Assembly: GCA_009103225.1 (NCBI GenBank)
Contig: RHPI01000277.1
Location: 327,548-391,547, forward strand
Direction of reading: 5' to 3'
Length of the DNA: 64,000 nucleotides
Origin: Chlorokybus atmophyticus
Lineage: Eukaryota; Plantae; Mesostigma and Chlorokybus algae
Positions 13,900 to 26,234 of this stretch are shown piece after piece (position 1 is the first letter of the stretch; every line of letters starts with the position of its first letter). A model generated the notes under the pieces. That model searched no databases, had not been told where the DNA came from, and saw nothing but the letters and a program-made list of their open reading frames with translations. Position numbers and translations under genes: made by a program.

Positions 13900-16330
13900 A
13901 GTATCACCGTTGATGTATATGATACACATCTGACGCGAGCACCATGTACAAGATTATGGTTTACATCATTGAATGTGCCTGCCTATCTGCTTATGTGATT
14001 TTGTGTGCATTCGCATTTATGACGCATGGAGTTAGGGGCGTAGTGCAATTACAGCGATTGCATTGGTAAACTTCAACACTGCGCGTGTAAAGTGTGTGCT
14101 GGCATATGTTGCACATTATGTCTCGTCAATAAAATGTACCTTATGCGCATATAACAATGGGTGTCTCTAGTTACATATATGTCACAATAAAATGTGTGGA
14201 TATAAGTACATAAGATTATGGTTTCATGTATTATAAGCGCATAACCGTGGACACTGTCATGATAAGTGGAACAGGTAAAACTGATTACAAGGCCAAAAGT
14301 GTTATATCGGGATCAACAATATACAACATAACGCCTCGTTTGATACCTTATAATAATAACAAGATTTCAGTATTATTATAAACTATATCAAAAACAAGTG
14401 TTTTTATTCCATTACATAAGCGCCTTTAACTGGAACTCTTTCTGTGTGAAGTTTATGCAGTTTACGGACTCATACAAGAACCAACGTTATTAATATGTAT
14501 TGTCCTGGACCACTCCCACCCTTTCTCAGCCCCCCTCCCGTCCCTCCCCATATTTGTCACAGGTATGCATTGATAGAAATTGAATGCCAACTTATTTGAG
14601 GGGGGTGAGGGCTGCTATACAAAAGAGGCGCTCTGTTTGGATGAGTATCGTAGAATATTAAGTATTAAGTTTATATAAAACATTGCGTATATTATGTGAT
14701 AATCCAACCTTTATAAAACATATAATTAAGTTTTAACTAATTACGTTGCTTTTTATCATACGTACACGGTTGCCAATACTGTTGCTGCATATCGTGATAT
14801 GTATAAATTTAACAATCCGCATAATATCATGAAGATTGCTGCATTGAGTGCAATGTAAATGTTTTCTTGGTCAGCTTTATTGTCGTATTATTTATACATG
14901 GGTGAAGTGAACGTTTACACTAAGAATGTAAGAACCAAGTCTTTAAAGTGCATATCATGACGAGTTTATTAAACAAACTTTTTTAAAAACTTAAGTGGCT
15001 TGGTCACAATTATTTCAAGTCAATATAATGACTTGCATGTCATATCACGTGTAAGTCGTGAACCAACATGCAAATATTTGTGTTTTTGTTTAAATATTAT
15101 AATGCTACTGTGCTTGCTATCAGCTGTATTCGCAGCTATGACCAATTAGAGTAGCTTATTTATGAGCTACCGTGCTTTTTAATAGTTGCGAATATAGCTA
15201 TAAATAAGCACAATATCTCATAACATCATTAATTAATTTCGCATAACATTCCGCAAGTTCGTCATGCAAACATATGGAACCATTCTGGTAATCAAAGCAT
15301 GTGTTGCTTGTTAATAATTAACTACAACTTATGCCGTAACTAACATAATAAGCAAACTATTATTGATCCGCATAAATTGTACATGCAACTTGCAACACTG
15401 AATATTGTGTTCTTAAAAAGCATGCATGTGTCTATAATATACCTTGTATTGATCAGGTGATGAGCGGTATATGATGCGAATGTCACAATTCGGGTATTTG
15501 TTGCAATAAGCGCATACAAGTTTATGGTCTACATGCCAAGCGACCAATCTTCTTTTGCATTATACGCAATCGTTAACAGACACCTGGTTCATTTGCATAT
15601 GCACTCAAGCATTACAGATCGATACGGCAGCCTGGATTTAATGACGTTATGTTTATCGTAATGTTCAATCCTGAGCTTATTGGAATGTTATAAAGCAATC
15701 CCCCCCCNNNNNNNNNNNNNNNNNNNNNNNNNNNNNNNNNNNNNNNNNNNNNNNNNNNNNNNNNNCCCCCCCCCCCCCCCCCCCCCTCTGCGCTGAAGCT
15801 TGGGGCTGAGACGTGATATCATTTGCAAGTAATAAAAAAACAGAGATTCATTTCGATCATGTTGAAAGCTAAGAACATCACATATAACAAGACAAAAACA
15901 CACGGCTGCTTGTTGCTTGATCTGCATACAGGGCACGCGTAATAACGAGTAAAGTATAAATATCCATATAAGACGCATAGCGATGAATTGAAATGATTAT
16001 GTAGCATGAAACTACGTTGCAACTAGCGTGGCTATGCATAATGCTTAAACGACACAACACTTGACATCACTGTTCATGTATCACATGCTTTTGCATACAT
16101 GTTTAGCATACACTTTTACAAAGTGTGTAATGTGATGATGATAACATTATTAACATACAAGAGTATAGCTTGATTTAAATGATAATCTATGAGCCACCAA
16201 CTATGCATACTGTTCCACGCATGAAACCATGCTGAATGTACACACTTCAGCACATGCCACATCTGTTCATGTACAATTTCATTCTTTATAGTTCACTCGT
16301 TGCCTCTACAACTGCTTGTAATTCCCTTGC
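13900..16330. other. AT-rich non-coding island containing a gap (15708-15765) flanked by C-runs
   Basis: Visibly lower GC than flanking genes, almost no ORFs over 60 aa, no recognisable protein motif. Confidence 0.7.
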
Positions 16331-16479
16331 AAGAAAAAGGTGTCAAGGTACAGTGTATGAAGTCACAAAATGGTTCAGGTTCAGGCTTTGCTGGTTCGGT
16401 GATGCCTAAGCCTACCGGTGATACCCAGCCCTACCGGTAGGCACTCAGACGCCTCGTTGATGAACAAATCTTAACGTTC

Positions 16480-17500
16480 CAGCCTAACAACAAACCATCC
16501 CCGGCGCCACCTGGCCAAGCCTACGCCCTTCAATCAAAGTTGCAAGCCTAGCAGCCCACGGCGATTCGGAACTACGTAACCTTTGACAACATATTGACTT
16601 CGGCGTACGAGGCCCCTTGTACCACGCCGATTCATTCTGGCCATCATGAACGCCCGCCGTAAAATCGCGATACGTTGACATCAGCGACGCCATGATGAAC
16701 CATCCAAGCTGTGCTTTCCAACAAAACAGTGCGTTGCATTGAGAGCAGGCATGCATCGCTTTCAAGTGGCATCCGGGGTTTGATTGGCTTTCTGTGCTTT
16801 TCGCCGCGAAGCGAGATCACATATGCAGGGAAACATCCGTAACATGGGACTGGTACATCATGCCTACACCTAAACCTAAACCCTGTTTTTAGGATATCCA
16901 TGACATACCCCGGCCTGCCTACAATCTCTACAGTGTCTAGCCTCATCCTCGAACTCTTGCAGAGGATCCATAAACGGGACGAATTGCAACGACCTCAGCC
17001 ATATGTCGCCGTGGACTGACGATCTCCTGACAACTTTCCGCTGTAGGGACCTGCCGTGCTGGAGTGTCAGCAGCTAGGAGCGGACCGGGCCGCCGCGAGC
17101 AGGACGGACCGAGGCTGGAGGCCGCACGAAGCAAGGCAGGAACTTGCGGCCCGGGCTGGTATCTCGCAGCGCCGCTTGAGTCACCAGTCTGCGTGAAACT
17201 GATTCGGCTCGCGTACGCGAGCCGAATCGTGAGCTTCCCCACACCCACGCCTCAAAAGTGCAAGGCTGTGGGAGATCTCCGCGTTAATCATCCCTTGTTT
17301 TTGGCGTAGAGAATGAATCTCGCGCGCCACATATCTGGCGAGCAAACGCCGATCGTGCATGCATGCATGCGTCGAAGGTGTTAGGGTGGCACCAAGTTGG
17401 ACCCGGCCTCAAATGCCAGTTGGCCTTGGCGTGTCGGCCGGCAAAGCAATCAATCGTTAAACGTTGCGGTGGCCTTATGAGAGGCCTCAACCCGCTATGG
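16480..17500 (-). mobile_element. Decayed repeat copy B (homologous to copy A) plus an adjacent DIRS RNaseH/MT-like fragment
   Basis: Collinear with 12935-13510. ORF 17284-17490 contains TIDCFA..WCHPNT.DA, similar to the DIRS TIDRFAS..WxxPxT.VDAF motif. Confidence 0.35.
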
Positions 17501-18379
17501 TGCGCTTCCGTGTGCCTTGAGTGATGCTCATTGACAGCGCTTCTGACGGTAGGTATTAACAGCTGCCTGCCCGTCCATCAATGAGTGACCGGGAAGGCCC
17601 TTGCGGCCTCCCCGTTGGTGGCAATCACCGGACAATGCCGGACCAACAGATACGGCTTGGACAATGATAGACGTTCTCATTGGGACCCTAATGTTCGGGT
17701 CAGATCCGTAAGGACCCAGGGACCCGCGTGTACCACGTATCCTAATCTGGAAACGGCGAGGCGAACGGCACGGCCACGTGCTAAACAGCGGCAGCCTGTT
17801 GCCCGCAAGGCATCCACAGCGTAGCTTTGAGAAATGCCGATATCGACGTGTAGCACGCTGATAGGCAATAAGCCACCTAATGATCCGCATCACCGTCCGC
17901 CGTTCGTTAAGGTCGGATGGCAGGAAGGCCTCAAGGATCCTCGTCACCGTCCCGTCAATGTTCCAATGATCACCAGAAATCACCCGCCAGAACTGACAAG
18001 CCCAGCAGTACTGACACTGCTATCTCGGACAATCTGTGCCACGGTGGCTTCATTGCAAGCCTGCACGCCATGATGATCAACCCCGGAATCCGGGCAGTTT
18101 AATGACATGCCCGATACGCCGGAGTATATAAACACCTCTCTACCCAAACACTTAGCAGACAGTGCTCACATCAGCCGTCGCGTTTCAGCCTTCCCCGCCT
18201 GCAAGCGAGCGGACTTTGTGGCGAGGACAAAAGAGTTTCTAGAACTTGAGGGGACAAGGAGTGGCTGGCGGGCGCGTGTCAGGTGCAGACTTTTTAGTTG
18301 CGGTTGTTAGCGGCGGCGGTGTCAGCGGCAGCGGTGTGGTTGAGCGTGGGTGGTGTGCAGCAGAGTGTCTACAGCGATC

Positions 18380-19506
18380 ATGCCTCGGTACATGAGCTTG
18401 TATGAGAAGGTGTTTGGGGTGTCTGCGGCGGCGAAGGTGGGCCCAGCTGCTGAAGCTGAGGCAGCGCCAGTTGCCCAGGCCCAGCAGCAGAAGCAGGAGA
18501 TGGTGACAGCGACGGCGGATGAGGCGCCCAGCACGGCGCCCAGCCTTGGCCTGGTCCGGGACTACCCAGTGCAGGAGGATTACGAGTTTGGTGCGGTCAT
18601 TGGCAAGGGCAACTTCGGCGTCGTCCGCACAGCTCGCCACATCATCACCGGCCAGCTGCATGCTGTCAAGGCCATCCCCAAAGTCTCCGGCCAGGAGTAC
18701 GCCAAGGTAAACCTCGAGCTCATGCATTGCCCATCATTACATTCTTAGCGTGGTTTCGCCTCGCTCATATTCATGTCTGGCTACATTGCATGAACAAGTT
18801 AGCTGACGTTTCCTTGCTCAATCAGGTACTTCATGAGGCCGAAATCATGCGCGCCCTCTCCAAGGGAGCTTGCCAGGGTGTGGTCCAAGTGTATGGGGTG
18901 TACCAGGACAATGAGCATGTGTACCTAGCAATGGAGCTGCTGCACGGTGGCGAGCTGAGGCAGCGCCTGGTCAGGAGGCGGCAGTTCAGCGAGAAGGAGG
19001 CGGCCAGGCTGGTCAAGTCCATCCTTCAGCTGGTGCAGGAGTGCCACGCTTGCGGTGTCATGCACAGAGACATCAAGCCAGAGAACTTTGTGTTCGCACG
19101 CGCTGATGCTGATCTCCCACTCAAGGCCATCGATTTTGGCCTCGCTGCTTTCTTCTCAGAGGGTGTGAAGCTCACCAAGTGCAGCGGTACTCCCTACTAC
19201 ATGGCGCCGGAGGTTATTCGCGGGTCATATGGTGCTGAGGCAGACTTGTGGAGCGTGGGTGTGATGCTGTACGAGATGATTGCTGGTGTGAAGCCCTTCG
19301 TGGAGGATAAGCGCAGCCGCGTACCTATTGTGGATGTGATGTACAAGGTTGTGCACCAGCCCATTGACTTCGAGTCAGTGTCGTGGCGCTTCACCTCACT
19401 CGCCGCCAAGGACTTCGTGCTGCGGCTGCTGGACAGGAACTCCGACACACGCATGACCTCAGCCCAGGCTCTGCAGCACCCATGGTTGTTGAAGAACTGC
19501 TGCTGA
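18380..19506 (+). CDS. CDPK/CAMK-family Ser/Thr kinase lacking junction and EF-hand domains (PPCK-like architecture), 2 exons
   Basis: IGKGNFGVV, AVKAIPK, intron about 18707-18825, HRDIKPENF, DFGLA, GTPYYMAPE, DLWSVGV, HPW; stop TGA 19504-19506 directly after the kinase domain (…HPWLLKNCC*). Confidence 0.88.
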
Positions 19507-20183
19507 TGGCTGGCGTCTTCCCTTCCCTCCCCTTCCCGCACGCAAGCACTCAACCCTCAGCAGTTGCAAAGCTCTCCATCAGAAGCTTGCTGGGGTTCAA
19601 GTTTTGGAGCACACCCTTCTTCATCTTCCCTTAGGCCGGTTCTCCTGCTCCATCTTATTGTTTGGAGTGCATGGGACTTGGCAGTGCTGTACGCTAGACA
19701 CTGTGACATAAAAACTAGGGGGAGTTCTCCCTCCTATAGTGTACATAGGCTATCTACTGTATCTACGGTATTTGTAATCAATTATGATTTCTCCCAAAAA
19801 CCTGTCTTTGAGCCGCTCACTTTGCATGCTTGCATGCATGGCCTGTTTGTCACCAGTATGAATGCATGTTTCTGATAGACGTACAGGATAAGCACGAAGC
19901 TGTTATAATGTCTGTGCTGCTGCAGTATGCTTCCCGCTTCTTGGTTTGATACCTTTCCATGCTTGGTGTAACAATCCACCACACAGTTACTTGCAGGTTT
20001 TGCAAGCATCAGATGGACCATATTGTATGATGTAGTATGCAAGAATTGTGGTATGCATGAGAGTGTTGCAATGCTGTGTGTTGTGTTGCTGTGTTTTACA
20101 TGATGGATTGTTGCAACCCTTCAACCAGATAGAGACGGAATGTGTTGACTACTTGGCATGCTTGGTTTGTTTGGTGCTGAACA

Positions 20184-23100
20184 AACCTACGAGTGAAGTT
20201 TTGGTGTACATTATATCAACCCTTCATCCAGATAGTGGCGGTTGGTGTACAAGATTCCGCCAAGTTGTCTATATCTGCGTCACGCACTTGTAGCATGATT
20301 GCCTGTTTAGCGCTGTTGCACATTGCTTCTGATCAGTTCATGGAGGTGCAGTGTACCGTTGTAGTTTCAACCCCGTGCTCGTATTGTCATCTTTGTAACA
20401 TTGGCATTTCTCAACCATTGGTGGATTGAAAACCAAATTTGCTTGTACAACTTGGCTGCAAACTAGCAGTAACCCTCATGTGCAGCGAGCATGTCAACCT
20501 TGCGCAACCTGGCATAGCATAACCTACGAGTGAAGTTTTGGTGTACATTATATCAACCCTTCATCCAGATAGTGGCGGTTTGTGTACAAGATTCCGCCAA
20601 GTTGTCTATATCTGCGTCACGCACTTGTAGCATGATTGCCTGTTTAGCGCTGTTGCACATTGCTTCTGATCAGTACATGGAGGTGCAGTGTACCGTTGTA
20701 GTTTCAACCCCGTGCTCGTATTGTCATCTTTGTAACATTGGCATTTCTCAACCATTGGTGGATTGAAAACCAAATTTGCTTGTACAACTTGGCTGCAAAC
20801 TAGCAGTAACCCTCATGTGCAGCGAGCATGTCAACCTTGCGCAACCTGGCATAGCATAACCTACGAGTGAAGTTTTGGTGTACATTATATCAACCCTTCA
20901 TCCAGATAGTGGCGGTTTGTGTACAAGATTCCGCCAAGTTGTCTATATCTGCGTCACGCACTTGTAGCATGATTGCCTGTTTAGCGCTGTTGCACATTGC
21001 TTCTGATCAGTACATGGAGGTGCAGTGTACCGTTGTAGTTTCAACCCCGTGCTCGTATTGTCATCTTTGTAACATTGGCATTTCTCAACCATTGGTGGAT
21101 TGAAAACCAAATTTGCTTGTACAACTTGGCTGCAAACTAGCAGTAACCCTCATGTGCAGCGAGCATGTCAACCTTGCGCAACCTGGCATAGCATAACCTA
21201 CGAGTGAAGTTTTGGTGTACATTATATCAACCCTTCATCCAGATAGTGGCGGTTTGTGTACAAGATTCCGCCAAGTTGTCTATATCTGCGTCACGCACTT
21301 GTAGCATGATTGCCTGTTTAGCGCTGTTGCACATTGCTTCTGATCAGTACATGGAGGTGCAGTGTACCGTTGTAGTTTCAACCCCGTGCTCGTATTGTCA
21401 TCTTTGTAACATTGGCATTTCTCAACCATTGGTGGATTGAAAACCAAATTTGCTTGTACAACTTGGCTGCAAACTAGCAGTAACCCTCATGTGCAGCGAG
21501 CATGTCAACCTTGCGCAACCTGGCATAGCATAACCTACGAGTGAAGTTTTGGTGTACATTATATCAACCCTTCATCCAGATAGTGGCGGTTTGTGTACAA
21601 GATTCCGCCAAGTTGTCTATATCTGCGTCACGCACTTGTAGCATGATTGCCTGTTTAGCGCTGTTGCACATTGCTTCTGATCAGTACATGGAGGTGCAGT
21701 GTACCGTTGTAGTTTCAACCCCGTGCTCGTATTGTCATCTTTGTAACATTGGCATTTCTCAACCATTGGTGGATTGAAAACCAAATTTGCTTGTACAACT
21801 TGGCTGCAAACTAGCAGTAACCCTCATGTGCAGCGAGCATGTCAACCTTGCGCAACCTGGCATAGCATAACCTACGAGTGAAGTTTTGGTGTACATTATA
21901 TCAACCCTTCATCCAGATAGTGGCGGTTTGTGTACAAGATTCCGCCAAGTTGTCTATATCTGCGTCACGCACTTGTAGCATGATTGCCTGTTTAGCGCTG
22001 TTGCACATTGCTTCTGATCAGTACATGGAGGTGCAGTGTACCGTTGTAGTTTCAACCCCGTGCTCGTATTGTCATCTTTGTAACATTGGCATTTCTCAAC
22101 CATTGGTGGATTGAAAACCAAATTTGCTTGTACAACTTGGCTGCAAACTAGCAGTAACCCTCATGTGCAGCGAGCATGTCAACCTTGCGCAACCTGGCAT
22201 AGCATAACCTACGAGTGAAGTTTTGGTGTACATTATATCAACCCTTCATCCAGATAGTGGCGGTTTGTGTACAAGATTCCGCCAAGTTGTCTATATCTGC
22301 GTCACGCACTTGTAGCATGATTGCCTGTTTAGCGCTGTTGCACATTGCTTCTGATCAGTACATGGAGGTGCAGTGTACCGTTGTAGTTTCAACCCCGTGC
22401 TCGTATTGTCATCTTTGTAACATTGGCATTTCTCAACCATTGGTGGATTGAAAACCAAATTTGCTTGTACAACTTGGCTGCAAACTAGCAGTAACCCTCA
22501 TGTGCAGCGAGCATGTCAACCTTGCGCAACCTGGCATAGCATAACCTACGAGTGAAGTTTTGGTGTACATTATATCAACCCTTCATCCAGATAGTGGCGG
22601 TTTGTGTACAAGATTCCGCCAAGTTGTCTATATCTGCGTCACGCACTTGTAGCATGATTGCCTGTTTAGCGCTGTTGCACATTGCTTCTGATCAGTACAT
22701 GGAGGTGCAGTGTACCGTTGTAGTTTCAACCCCGTGCTCGTATTGTCATCTTTGTAACATTGGCATTTCTCAACCATTGGTGGATTGAAAACCAAATTTG
22801 CTTGTACAACTTGGCTGCAAACTAGCAGTAACCCTCATGTGCAGCGAGCATGTCAACCTTGCGCAACCTGGCATAGCATAACCTACGAGTGAAGTTTTGG
22901 TGTACATTATATCAACCCTTCATCCAGATAGTGGCGGTTTGTGTACAAGATTCCGCCAAGTTGTCTATATCTGCGTCACGCACTTGTAGCATGATTGCCT
23001 GTTTAGCGCTGTTGCACATTGCTTCTGATCAGTACATGGAGGTGCAGTGTACCGTTGTAGTTTCAACCCCGTGCTCGTATTGTCATCTTTGTAACATTGG

Positions 23101-24563
23101 CATTTCTCAACCATTGGTGGATTGAAAACCAAATTTGCTTGTACAACTTGGCTGCAAACTAGCAGTAACCCTCATGTGCAGCGAGCATGTCAACCTTGCG
23201 CAACCTGGCATAGCATAACCTACGAGTGAAGTTTTGGTGTACATTATATCAACCCTTCATCCAGATAGTGGCGGTTTGTGTACAAGATTCCGCCAAGTTG
23301 TCTATATCTGCGTCACGCACTTGTAGCATGATTGCCTGTTTAGCGCTGTTGCACATTGCTTCTGATCAGTACATGGAGGTGCAGTGTACCGTTGTAGTTT
23401 CAACCCCGTGCTCGTATTGTCATCTTTGTAACATTGGCATTTCTCAACCATTGGTGGATTGAAAACCAAATTTGCTTGTACAACTTGGCTGCAAACTAGC
23501 AGTAACCCTCATGTGCAGCGAGCATGTCAACCTTGCGCAACCTGGCATAGCATAACCTACGAGTGAAGTTTTGGTGTACATTATATCAACCCTTCATCCA
23601 GATAGTGGCGGTTTGTGTACAAGATTCCGCCAAGTTGTCTATATCTGCGTCACGCACTTGTAGCATGATTGCCTGTTTAGCGCTGTTGCACATTGCTTCT
23701 GATCAGTACATGGAGGTGCAGTGTACCGTTGTAGTTTCAACCCCGTGCTCGTATTGTCATCTTTGTAACATTGGCATTTCTCAACCATTGGTGGATTGAA
23801 AACCAAATTTGCTTGTACAACTTGGCTGCAAACTAGCAGTAACCCTCATGTGCAGCGAGCATGTCAACCTTGCGCAACCTGGCATAGCATAACCTACGAG
23901 TGAAGTTTTGGTGTACATTATATCAACCCTTCATCCAGATAGTGGCGGTTTGTGTACAAGATTCCGCCAAGTTGTCTATATCTGCGTCACGCACTTGTAG
24001 CATGATTGCCTGTTTAGCGCTGTTGCACATTGCTTCTGATCAGTACATGGAGGTGCAGTGTACCGTTGTAGTTTCAACCCCGTGCTCGTATTGTCATCTT
24101 TGTAACATTGGCATTTCTCAACCATTGGTGGATTGAAAACCAAATTTGCTTGTACAACTTGGCTGCAAACTAGCAGTAACCCTCATGTGCAGCGAGCATG
24201 TCAACCTTGCGCAACCTGGCATAGCATAACCTACGAGTGAAGTTTTGGTGTACATTATATCAACCCTTCATCCAGATAGTGGCGGTTTGTGTACAAGATT
24301 CCGCCAAGTTGTCTATATCTGCGTCACGCACTTGTAGCATGATTGCCTGTTTAGCGCTGTTGCACATTGCTTCTGATCAGTTCATGGAGGTGCAGTGTAC
24401 CGTTGTAGTTTCAACCCCGTGCTCGTATTGTCATCTTTGTAACATTGGCATTTCTCAACCATTGGTGGATTGAAAACCAAATTTGCTTGTACAACTTGGC
24501 TGCAAACTAGCAGTAACCCTCATGTGCAGCGAGCATGTCAACCTTGCGCAACCTGGCATAGCA
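20184..24563. repeat. Tandem array of 13 near-identical 337-bp units
   Basis: Unit starts AACCTACGAGTGAAG at 20184, 20521 and every 337 bp to 24228. The ORF track repeats the same 78-aa frame 13 times. Confidence 0.98.
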
Positions 24564-25026
24564 AGATGTGTGGTGGGATCCTTCGCAACCTCAGGTTGAA
24601 GGATTACAACATGGATTGTGCAACACAGACGGTTTTGAGTCCATGACTTAAACCGTCTGTGTTGCACAGTGCAAAACTCTTCACACAATTGTCACTCTCA
24701 AGATGAGTTCATGCAACCCAATGTCTCGTCAATCACTACTATGCTTACGAATGCCTTGCTTGACATTCTGTGCATAGCCATCCGCCCAGTTGAAGCAGTC
24801 ACATCAGCCCCTACCAGAAGCAAGTCCTAAACCTGTAACCTGTGCATGCGCCGTGACGCGACCAAGTCTAGCCAGGGTGTGCCCCGCTGTCTGCTTCTCT
24901 GGCACGTGTGTGACCTGGTTGCTGCCAGCAGGACGCTCATGCGCATAACGTCAATGCAAACGCTGTCTGTGTGTGCTGCTGATGGAGGCGGGTGATCAGG
25001 TGGGTGATCACAATGACACAGCGTAC

Positions 25027-26090
25027 CTCATGGCGATCGCACCGTGCGGGCCGGGCTTTGACAAGCACGCACATGACCTTCAAGTTGCCCGTGTGCGCAA
25101 GCCTGTGCGCAGAGCGACCGCCACGACCCTGTCCTTTCTGTTCACCTGCATAATCACGTGTACACACACGCACACGCACACTCGCACATGGGCTTGTCTG
25201 ATCCAACGGCAATGGCCAACTGTAAATAAGAACGGCCCACAGTAGAGTATTCTGCCGTGCCTGAAGTCGCACGGACGACAAGGGCTCAGTCGCACCATGC
25301 CATGCGTGGGTAAGTTGTTTTATACAATGCACGACACCAGCAACACAGCAGCACTTTTCCATCAAGCATGTTGATGTTGGACCGCCAACCGACCATGCTC
25401 TCAATCAAATAACCTCAAAGACCTCGCCTAGATCATGCACACGCCGGCAACCATGCATGACCATAGAGCACGACCATATAACATGCATACAACACTTCTA
25501 GTCGTGACACCAGCGCAAACCACGCGTGCACAGCAACGAAAAAGGGTTGCCCCTCACGAAGCTCTTGCAGCGTTTACTTTCAACCCTTCTCTGCTCAAAG
25601 CATGAAACTGCTGAAACAGGCCGATGCTTACCAATGCAGACGCTGCCGAGAAAGTTGCGTTCCGCCAGAGACTTGGTCAAGAAGCAAGGAGCAAGACGTT
25701 CCTCCTGTGCATGCGACATTGGAGCGTAGAAGGGCACACTGCAACTGCATGTGCTGACAGACAGTGAATGTGCTTGACGAAGTGCACTGTGGTTGCTACA
25801 AAACCACAGAGGGTGTCAAACAAATACCAGTGCAACAGCGTGTTTGCGACGTGGTTTGCACCGTCCGTCGATAATGGCAACTGGATGGCTAGCTCAGCTG
25901 CGCAACGCACTTGAGTAAGTACACGAGCGGCTGTCTCAGAACAGTGCGTGTGCCACGCAGGCAACCGATCTCCTCAGCGACGCATACGTTGCCGCCGCCG
26001 CCAACGAACGGCAGTGTTGATGTCAGCGTAGCTACCAAAGCAGCCATCCCTACGACCAAGGCAAGTGCCTGCGCTAGGAGTCATGAGCCA
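25027..26090 (-). pseudogene. Candidate exons of an unidentified, possibly decayed gene divergent from lepA
   Basis: Canonical AG/GT-bounded segments 25704-25632 (EERLAPCFLTKSLAERNFLGSVCI) and 25145-25027; a hydrophobic signal-peptide-like frame near 26090-25950 interrupted by TGA. No family recognised. Confidence 0.3.
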
Positions 26091-26234
26091 AGGCTCATGG
26101 CTTGCTGTGCTGGTGAAAACACGTCGAGAGTGGTACAGTCGTCGTTCGATGAGAAGCATGCTTATAGCAAGGGCACCAAGTGCCCTTGTGTGGTGGGGAA
26201 AGCGACGCCGGCAGACGTGGCGTGAGCAGCGGTG

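Noticed and set aside
13435-13998. Long Ile/Tyr-rich ORFs
   Set aside because: Translation of (TA)n microsatellite.
12050-15787. G-run at about 12050 and C-run at about 15701-15787 as terminal inverted repeats
   Set aside because: Homopolymers next to assembly gaps recur throughout the window and share no flanking similarity.
20193-24473. 13 repeated 78-aa ORFs as a tandem gene array or CRISPR-like array
   Set aside because: GTG start, no recognisable motif, unit length not a multiple of 3, and units are identical with no variable spacers.
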